From Octopus sinensis (lineage: Eukaryota): a stretch of DNA of 23,010 bases. Below are positions 16,207-23,010 of the stretch, one piece after another; the first letter of the stretch is position 1, and the number at the start of each line of letters is the position of its first letter. Where the stretch lies: assembly GCF_006345805.1 (NCBI RefSeq), contig NW_021836711.1, forward strand, positions 1-23,010. Reading direction: 5' to 3'. Both the position numbers and the translations under genes were made by a program. The notes under the pieces are model-generated. The model saw only the letters and a list, made by a program, of their open reading frames with translations, did not search any database and had not been told where the DNA came from.

Positions 16207-16771
16207 TTGTGTTGTCCGGAAAGTTCGTGCCGATTTTTAAAGGAAAGAAAAAGGTCAATAAATACTTTCCATTACCTTTTTAATCAACCAAATATGAAGC
16301 ATTTTGTTGCACAATGCCTCTCCATCTTTCCTTTAACTTGAAAATACCCTCTTCCCAGAATTGAGGTGTTTTCATGGCAAAGAATTCACCTAGGTATCTT
16401 TTTACGTTATCCAAGGAATTGAAATTTTTACCATTAAGACTATTCTGCAGAGACCTGAATAAGAGGAAATCCGAACGAGCAATATCTGGTGAATGTGGAG
16501 GGTGGGGTAACACATCCCAGTCAAGCTGCAGCAATTTTTGCCTGGTTCCCAAAGCATCAAGAGCCGAAAATGAAATTTCTTATCTTCCATTTTAAAGGGT
16601 TACAGAATTAACACAGGTTATAGGATCATAAACCTTCTTCCACGAGAAGATAGCTTAAACTGTGCTCTAAATGGAGATGTAGTCAAATCCTATTTTATGG
16701 AGTCAACCATTTTCTAAAATAAGACGAAATGTAAGCTACTATAAATCGGCACGAACTTTCGGGAAACCCAA
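16207..16771 (-). mobile_element. Internally deleted mariner transposon, 565 bp, with both TIRs
   Basis: TIRs ttgtgttgtccggaaagttcgtgccgattt (16207-16236) and aaatcggcacgaactttcgggaaacccaa (16743-16771). TA at 16205-16206. Confidence 0.9.
16280..16590 (-). pseudogene. Mariner transposase remnant: N-terminal 15 codons joined out of frame to the C-terminal about 90 codons
   Basis: MEDKKFHFRLLMLWE, then in another frame TRQKLLQLDWDVLPHPPHSPDIARSDFLLFRSLQNSLNGKNF...GIFKLKERWRGIVQQNASY. This carries the canonical HPPYSPDLAPSD motif. Confidence 0.9.
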
Positions 16772-16799
16772 CGCTATGTAACCAGGCACACAGCATATT

Positions 16800-17440
16800 T
16801 TACAAATCCATATATTATGTAGTCTCATGCACAAACACTCGCAGCTACACTCAAAATCACCAACCTACATAAACACATATTTCAGTTAGACACGCATTAT
16901 AAATAAATGCACGCACGCACATACAAACACGTAGCTATACACAGAGACACAATCTTACATATCGTCTCACACACATACACATACATAACAACAAACATAG
17001 ACAACAGTATACACAGCTAAAACTACCCTACATAAATACACATTATAAATACACACACACACATACAAACACACAAACACGCAACTATGGCTACAAACTC
17101 GAAATTACATAGCTATAAACCACATCATCTCTCTCTCTCTCTCACACACACCACATGGTAACAAACATATAAACTCAACTACACACACATATTATAAATA
17201 CATACACACACACACAAATACGCAAATATGGCTACAAACTCGAAATTACATAGCTATAAACCGCATCGTCTCACACACACACACACATACACACACACAC
17301 ACACACGGCAACAAACATATAAACTCAACTACACACACAACTAAAACCACACTACACACACACACACACACATGCCGACACACACACACGCTGATACACA
17401 CACACACACTCATACGATTACACACACACACACACAGATG
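16800..17440. repeat. CA-rich degenerate tandem repeat, with one clear 141-bp-period duplication
   Basis: gcaactatggctacaaactcgaaattacatagctataaacc at 17081 and gcaaatatggctacaaactcgaaattacatagctataaacc at 17222. aacaaacatataaactcaactacacacaca follows both. Confidence 0.85.
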
Positions 17441-17684
17441 TCCGACACAGTAGAACGGCTGTGCAGAAGGCGGGAAAGCTAACATCAGAGTAGAACGTAG
17501 AAATACCCATTAATCCAGGGTTAGTGACAAATGAAATCATTTTTCATGCCTTATCTTTGCTGTTTTTTGACAAGGTGGAACTCTAAAAGCCACAATACTG
17601 ACATACTTCAAGACAACTCACTTTCTTCTTTCTTTATAGAATTCTGATATTTGTCAAAGTCACTTTACACTACACTACAATATG

Positions 17685-17686
17685 GC

Positions 17687-17719
<33 letters not shown>

Positions 17720-17826
17720 GGTGGTGGTGTTTTTCAATAACTACTGTTTTTTTTTTTGTATGAATCTTGTTTTTTTTATACTTTTCGTTAGTGATTTGTT
17801 TACTCAGTGTGTGTGTTTCTGTGTGT

Positions 17827-17865
<39 letters not shown>

Positions 17866-17971
17866 GTATGCGTGTATGTGTGTGGTGCTTGTGAAGTTTG
17901 TAGCATATCCACTATGCCGTGCAACCAACAATGGGCAGAGTAGGTGTTTGTGTGTATGTATAGTGTGTGTG

Positions 17972-18005
<34 letters not shown>

Positions 18006-18100
18006 ACCATGTATAATGTCTGTATGTGTATGCATGTAATGTAAAGTATGTACATTCAGTATTCACACGCACTATATATAATGCGTATGCATACATAATA
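17685..18100. repeat. (GTA)n(GGT)n plus (TG)/(TA)/(CA) microsatellites
   Basis: Direct inspection. Confidence 0.8.
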
Positions 18101-18102
18101 TA

Positions 18103-18409
18103 TATCACCGTGATCACCGTGACCGACCAGGCTATCAGATGTTGCTACACATCGCTGGTCACAATGCGCTTCGCATTGTTTTAGTCTTCAAATGACGCCA
18201 CCCCGCTGGCTAAGCGAGCAGGCCAACAGAAGAAAGAGTGGGAGAAAGTTGTGGCGAAAGAGTACAGCAGGGATCGCCACCAACCCCTGCCGGAGCCTCG
18301 TGGAGCTTTAGGTGTTTTCGCTCAATAAACACTCACAACGCCCGGTCTGGGAATCGAAACCGCGATCCTACAACCGCGAGGCCGCCGCCCTAACCACTGG
18401 ACAATTGCG
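18103..18409 (-). mobile_element. SINE family D (tRNA-derived)
   Basis: Reverse complement cgcaattgtccagtggttagggcggcggcctcgcggttgtaggatcgcggtttcgattcccagacc has A/B boxes, then an unrelated body and a (cacggtgat)2 tail. Confidence 0.8.
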
Positions 18410-18529
18410 GCTGCACACATAATATATATGCGTGTGTGTAATATATGTATACACACACACACATACATATATATCTGTAAAGCGGATTTAAAATGTAAAT
18501 ATTACGTAAATCTCTGCATCTGTGCATGC

Positions 18530-18933
18530 TTACTCTTTTACTTGTTTCAGTCAGTTGACGGCGGCCATGCTGGAGCACCGCCTTTAGTCAAGCAAATCGA
18601 CCCCAGGACTTTTTCTTTGTAAGCCCAATACTTATTCTATCGGGACGTAAATACACCAGCATCGGTTGTCAAGCGATGTTGGGGGGACAAACACAGACAC
18701 ACAAACCTGCACAAACACAAACACACACACACAGATATAAACATATATACGACAGGCTTCTTTCAGTTTCCGTCTACCAAATCCACTTACAAGGCTTTGG
18801 TTAGCCCGAGGCTATAGTAGAAGACACTTGCCCAAGGTGCCACGCAGTGGGACTGAACCCGGAACTATATGGTTGGTAAGCCATCTACTTACCACACAGC
18901 CACTTTTACGCCTTACCGCACAGCCACTCCTGC
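18530..18933 (-). mobile_element. SINE family A, full length, with a short internal deletion and a duplicated 5' end
   Basis: Collinear with 10003-10432. The tctcttttgccgaaccgctaagtt segment is missing. The head ttaccacacagccact is repeated at 18889 and 18913. Confidence 0.9.
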
Positions 18934-19197
18934 ATGTATATATAGTGTATATATAAATGTATACTGTATGCGGGTATATATTGCTAACGTCATAAAAATT
19001 TATAAACTTTCGAGAGTACGTGAAATAATGCTTTTATGGAACAGTGGATCTCGAAGAACATAAAGCTATAAATACTAGAATATGATTATTGGGTTGAAAA
19101 TCCCTTTTGGACGAAAAAAGTCGAGGGCTACTGTTTATATCTTTATTTGTTTCGAAATCTACTCTCAAAAAGAATGCGTGCGCACGTGTGTACATCT

Positions 19198-19210
19198 CTC
19201 TCTCCCTTTC

Positions 19211-19298
<88 letters not shown>

Positions 19299-19326
19299 TC
19301 TAACTATCTATCTATGTATCTATATA
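19198..19326. repeat. (CT)n/(TTTC)n/(TATC)n compound microsatellite
   Basis: Direct inspection. Confidence 0.95.
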
Positions 19327-19996
19327 TGAGGTGAAGTAAAAAAATTATCAGCACTTTCGCCATAACATAACTTTATTATTGTCACTCTACCTTTTTGCGC
19401 ATGCGTGCTAACAGCTGGTACTATTGTGGTCATGTGATCGAAGTATGAGCCTGATCGCGCCATCTTTGTTTCTGGCTTTACAGTGTCAGCATGACCGCTT
19501 CACTAGCAATGTGCACCAAAGAAGAACAAAGAACAGTGATCCGATTTCTCTGGAAAAAGGAGTGAACGGTGAACGGTGCCAGGCACAGTGCTTTGCTGGC
19601 CAACAAACGGAAACCAACCATCGCACCAAACGCCAAAGCCTATTTTCGAAGCAAGTTTTGTTGCATGGCAATGCACACCCACGCACGGGTTTTGAGGTGC
19701 TGGAACACCCTGTCTATAGCTCAGATCTCGCATCTTACGACCATCATATCTTTAGGTCGCTCAAAGATGATCGATTTCCTACGGATGAAGATCTGAAGGA
19801 AGCGGTGCATAAATGGTTGCACGACCAGCCGAAAAACCTTCTTTTTGGAGGGAAATACGCAAGATTGAGGGCCGCTGGACCAAGTGCATCGAAAGGGAAG
19901 GAGACTACACAGAAAAAGGACGAACTTGTTTATCGTTTGCTTTTGTGTAAATACATTGAAAAAACAAGAGTGCATATAAATTTTGACTCTCTCTCG
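19327..19996 (+). mobile_element. Internally deleted, decayed mariner (irritans-like), 670 bp, with TA TSD
   Basis: TIRs tgaggtgaagtaaaaaaattatcagcact and agtgcatataaattttgactctctctcg. N-terminus MTASLAMCTKEEQRTVIRFL. C-terminus LLHGNAHP...FEVLEHPVYSSDLASYDHHIFRSLK...RFPTDEDLKEAVHKWLHDQPK, then frameshifted RWTKCIEREGDYTEK. Confidence 0.88.
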
Positions 19997-20064
19997 TATA
20001 TATATATATATGATGGACTCACTCGTCGGAGACGATGTATCAGCGTTCAATATTTTCTGAACGA

Positions 20065-20877
20065 AAAGTGGCGAGCTGGTAGAAACGTTCGGACGCCGGG
20101 CGAAATGCTGTTACGTTCTGAATTTAAATTCCGCCGAGGTCGGATTTGTCTTTCATCCTTTCGGGGTCGATAAATTAAATACCAGTTATGCACTGGGGTC
20201 GATGTAATCGACTTAATCCCTTTGTCTGTCTTTGTTTGTCCTCTCTATGTTTAGCCCCCTGTGGGCAATAAAGAAATAAGAACGTAAGCACGTCGGGTGA
20301 AATGAAATGCTTAGCAGTATTTCGTCTGTCTTTACGTTCTGAATTCAAATCCAGCCGAGTTCGACTTCCCCTTTCATCTCTTCGGGGTCTATAAATTATG
20401 TACTAGTTGCGTACTGGGGTCGATCTAATCGACTAGTGCCCTCACTCAAAAATTTCGGGCCTTCTGTTTAGTGTAGAAAAGAATATTTAAAGGCGGCAAG
20501 CTGGTAGAAACGTTCGGACGCCGGGCGAAATGCTTAGCGGTATTTTGTCTGCCGCTACGTTCTCAGTTCAAATTCCGCCGAGGTCGACTTTGCCTTTCAT
20601 CCTTTCGGGGTCGATTAAATAAGTACCAGTTACGCACTGGGTCGATATAATCGACTTAATCCGTTTGTCTGTCCTTGTTTGTCCCTTGTGGGTAGTAAAG
20701 AAATAGGTATTTCGTCTGCCGTTACGTTGTGAGTTCAAATTCTGCCGAGGTCAGCTCTGTCTTTCTTCCTTTCGGGATCGATTAATTAAGTACCAGTTGC
20801 TTACTGGGGTCGATCTAATCGATTGGTACCCCACCCACAAAAATGCGGGCCTTGTATCTAGAGTAGAAAAGAATATT
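20065..20877 (+). mobile_element. Four SINE family B monomers in tandem (two dimers), flanked by a probable TSD
   Basis: Monomers at about 20070, 20281, 20492 and 20707. Tails alternate between ...gtttgtcc...gtggg...aaagaaatag and ...ggcctt...agtagaaaagaatatt. Confidence 0.9.
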
Positions 20878-20974
20878 TACTGAACGACTTGCACAAAATG
20901 ATTTGTTTATAGTATTCAAATGTTCGTGCCGTACATTAGCTCACTTCCTCCATAAAATCAACGTTGTCTGAACA

Positions 20975-21080
20975 GGCGTACGGTGTCCGAGACGTCAGGT
21001 GTCGAAGCGATCACAGAACAACGGCATTTCGTCCATCTTTACGTTTTGAGTTCAAATTCCGCCGAGGTTGACTTCAGCTT
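20975..21080 (+). mobile_element. SINE B-related fragment with a variant head
   Basis: cggcatttcgtccatctttacgttttgagttcaaattccgccgaggttgactt matches the B body. Confidence 0.7.
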
Positions 21081-21084
21081 CATA

Positions 21085-21240
21085 GGCGCAGGAGTAGTTG
21101 TGTGATAAGAAACTTGCTTTCCAGCCATATGGTTCCGGGCTCAATCCCACTGCGAGGCATCTTATGCAAGTGTTTTCTACTATAGCCTCGACCAAAGACT
21201 TGTGATAAGATTTAGTAAACGGAAACTGAAAAAAGCCTGT
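21085..21240 (+). mobile_element. SINE family A, 5' half
   Basis: ggcgcaggagtagttgtgtgataag...ggttccgggctcaatcccactgcg...ggaaactgaaaaaagcctgt. Confidence 0.85.
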
Positions 21241-21289
21241 GGAATATATATAAAGATAAATTTACTTGGAAATAGATTCGCAGCGTTCA

Positions 21290-21392
21290 ATCGTATAATA
21301 ATATAAATAATATATATATATGTACGTACTTACGCATATATTCATATATATATATATATATTCATATATATATATATATATATATATGCATA
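21290..21392. repeat. (TA)n tract
   Basis: Direct inspection. Confidence 0.9.
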
Positions 21393-21890
21393 TATGGGTA
21401 CAGGATGTCACAAAACGTAAACAACATGAAATATGAAAACGTCATGGATTACGAAATGCGGAAACATGAAATATGAAGACAAACAAATTGTAAACAAGAC
21501 AAGTAACATAAAGAACGACCCTTCATCAGTTGTCAGCTGTTTATCTACTCCACATTTCGAGCAATTCACGGTAATTGCTCGTGATCTGCTCGAAATTAGA
21601 GAAGGACAGTGGTCATTCTGGTAGAAAGTTTTGTCGATTCCTGTCGTGGACAGTACATTTGCCACATTTGTCACCTCTAAAACTACATCCAGTTCTCTTA
21701 CCTGTGGCCTTATGTTCTAACTGTATGCGGCAGTGTGCGGCCAACCTGGGCAACAACGTTGTCAGGGCCTTCTTAGACCATATATCAAAACGAACCTGTG
21801 ATCTTGCTTCTACGTGGTCATTCGATAAACTTGAAATAACAACCCCCATCTCACTCAAAAATTATCTTCATGATAGTTTTTTTTTTTACT
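21393..21890 (-). mobile_element. Probable retroelement 3' end (Penelope-like?) with a Cys-rich ORF end, a hairpin and CTGATGA
   Basis: Minus ORF 21613-21858 ends ...TGKRTGCSFRGDKCGKCTVHDRNRQNFLPE*. Downstream are a 10-bp stem (atttcgagca/tgctcgaaat), ctgatgaagg and a T-rich tail like the other PLE termini. The protein family is not recognised. Confidence 0.35.
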
Positions 21891-21976
21891 TTTATTATTA
21901 TTTTTTTTTGAAAATGCAGGGACACATTGGATAAAGTAGACCCATACACATTATGTCTGAATAAAATGCAAAATCA

Positions 21977-22041
<65 letters not shown>

Positions 22042-22055
22042 CAAGCAAGCAAGCA
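21977..22055. repeat. (AAT)n and (GCAA)n microsatellite
   Basis: Direct inspection. Confidence 0.95.
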
Positions 22056-22094
22056 AAAAACAAAACAAGTCGGAACCACGATTGAAGCGACTTT

Positions 22095-22148
22095 GATCAT
22101 GTGTCTGCGGAGGCAAGGTTGACCTGGGGCTAAACAACAATAATAATG
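22095..22148 (+). mobile_element. Possible SINE/LINE 3' tail remnant
   Basis: gatcatgtgtctgcggaggcaaggttgacctggggctaaacaacaataataat ends in an (AAC/AAT) tail. Confidence 0.25.
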
Positions 22149-22223
22149 ATTATATAAAATAAAACACAAGAGGGGTGGAGTATCACAATTTCAAAAGAAT
22201 TTGAAATTTTGACAGCAACGCCG

Positions 22224-22224
<1 letters not shown>

Positions 22225-22261
<37 letters not shown>

Positions 22262-22269
22262 CATCATCA

Positions 22270-22306
<37 letters not shown>

Positions 22307-22326
22307 CATCATCATTATTATTATTA

Positions 22327-22377
<51 letters not shown>
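22225..22377. repeat. (ATT)n/(ATC)n microsatellite
   Basis: Direct inspection. Confidence 0.95.
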
Positions 22378-22699
22378 TGCAAAACAAAGAATGTATGTTT
22401 TGATGTAGAAGTGAGCAGTTCAAAGTTGGAAGGAAATATCAATAAATGCCAGACAAGCATCAGAAATGACGTGGTTGTGTTCAGGGTTTGTCTTTTGATG
22501 CCAACTTGTGAATGAAAAACAATGAAGAGGAGAATCTTTCAAGAAAATACACAAATACATACATACATACACACAAACGTACAATACTTACTTACAAACA
22601 ATATATAAAGCTAACAGAAAAGCATAGCACTAAACACACGATACAATACATATACAATCGAGTACTCGGAAAATACACGACTGTATATGATATATGTTT

Positions 22700-22728
22700 A
22701 ACTTAGTATGTATATATATATATATATA

Positions 22729-22761
<33 letters not shown>

Positions 22762-22979
22762 GTATGTATATAGGTAACTAAATGCATATATAACTATACT
22801 TTCATTTTTAAATAAGGTATCAGTTTTCGTTTTATTTTTTTTCTTTTGCTCTGCTTCTAGGTAGGTGTGTGAGAGCATATGTTTACTAAGATATGTATAG
22901 ATTTATGTAAATGCGTAGCCATATCTACAAACAAACTTACACACACATACACATACACGCACGTATACACATACGTAAA

Positions 22980-23010
<31 letters not shown>
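22700..23010. repeat. (TA)/(TATATG)/(TATG) tract (22700-22790) and (CA)/(TACA) tract (22930-23010)
   Basis: Direct inspection. Confidence 0.85.

Noticed and set aside
17560-17660. Splice-like signals on both strands (plus acceptor ctttcttctttctttatag; minus donor GTGAGT at 17621-17616)
   Set aside because: The two signals conflict and no open, phase-consistent exon of credible length could be built.
19424-20173. 249-aa ORF as an active transposase
   Set aside because: It starts at a non-ATG codon out of frame with the mariner N-terminus. The DNA-binding region and first catalytic Asp are deleted, the catalytic motifs are decayed (HGNA, YSSDLASYD), and it runs into a SINE.

Overview
This is eukaryotic, repeat-saturated non-coding DNA, probably intronic or intergenic. 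The SINE families and the extreme microsatellite load look like an Octopus (coleoid cephalopod) genome; this is recognised from memory and needs a BLAST check. I find no intact protein-coding gene, and most ORFs in the track are translations of microsatellites or tandem repeats. Supported content: (1) four kinds of tRNA-derived SINE, labelled A-D here; (2) three internally deleted mariner elements that keep their TIRs; (3) a CR1/L2-type LINE remnant; (4) a decayed Penelope-like (PLE) reverse transcriptase split by nested insertions (about 7.1-11.15 kb); (5) several PLE-type termini with minimal hammerhead-ribozyme-like motifs; (6) a MITE with an 8-bp target-site duplication; (7) a 15-unit, 90-bp tandem array; (8) a divergent 5S rRNA copy. 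Best leads: the 5S-like copy, which has pairing-preserving changes and an apparently inverted loop C and directly abuts a tRNA-SINE; the 90-bp array inside a possible hAT-like shell; and a 219-bp near-perfect hairpin that contains a full hammerhead core. None of these is shown to be a new biological system. All are leads that need alignment, copy-number and RNA data. Family names come from motif recognition, not database searches. Many feature boundaries are approximate (plus or minus 10-20 nt).
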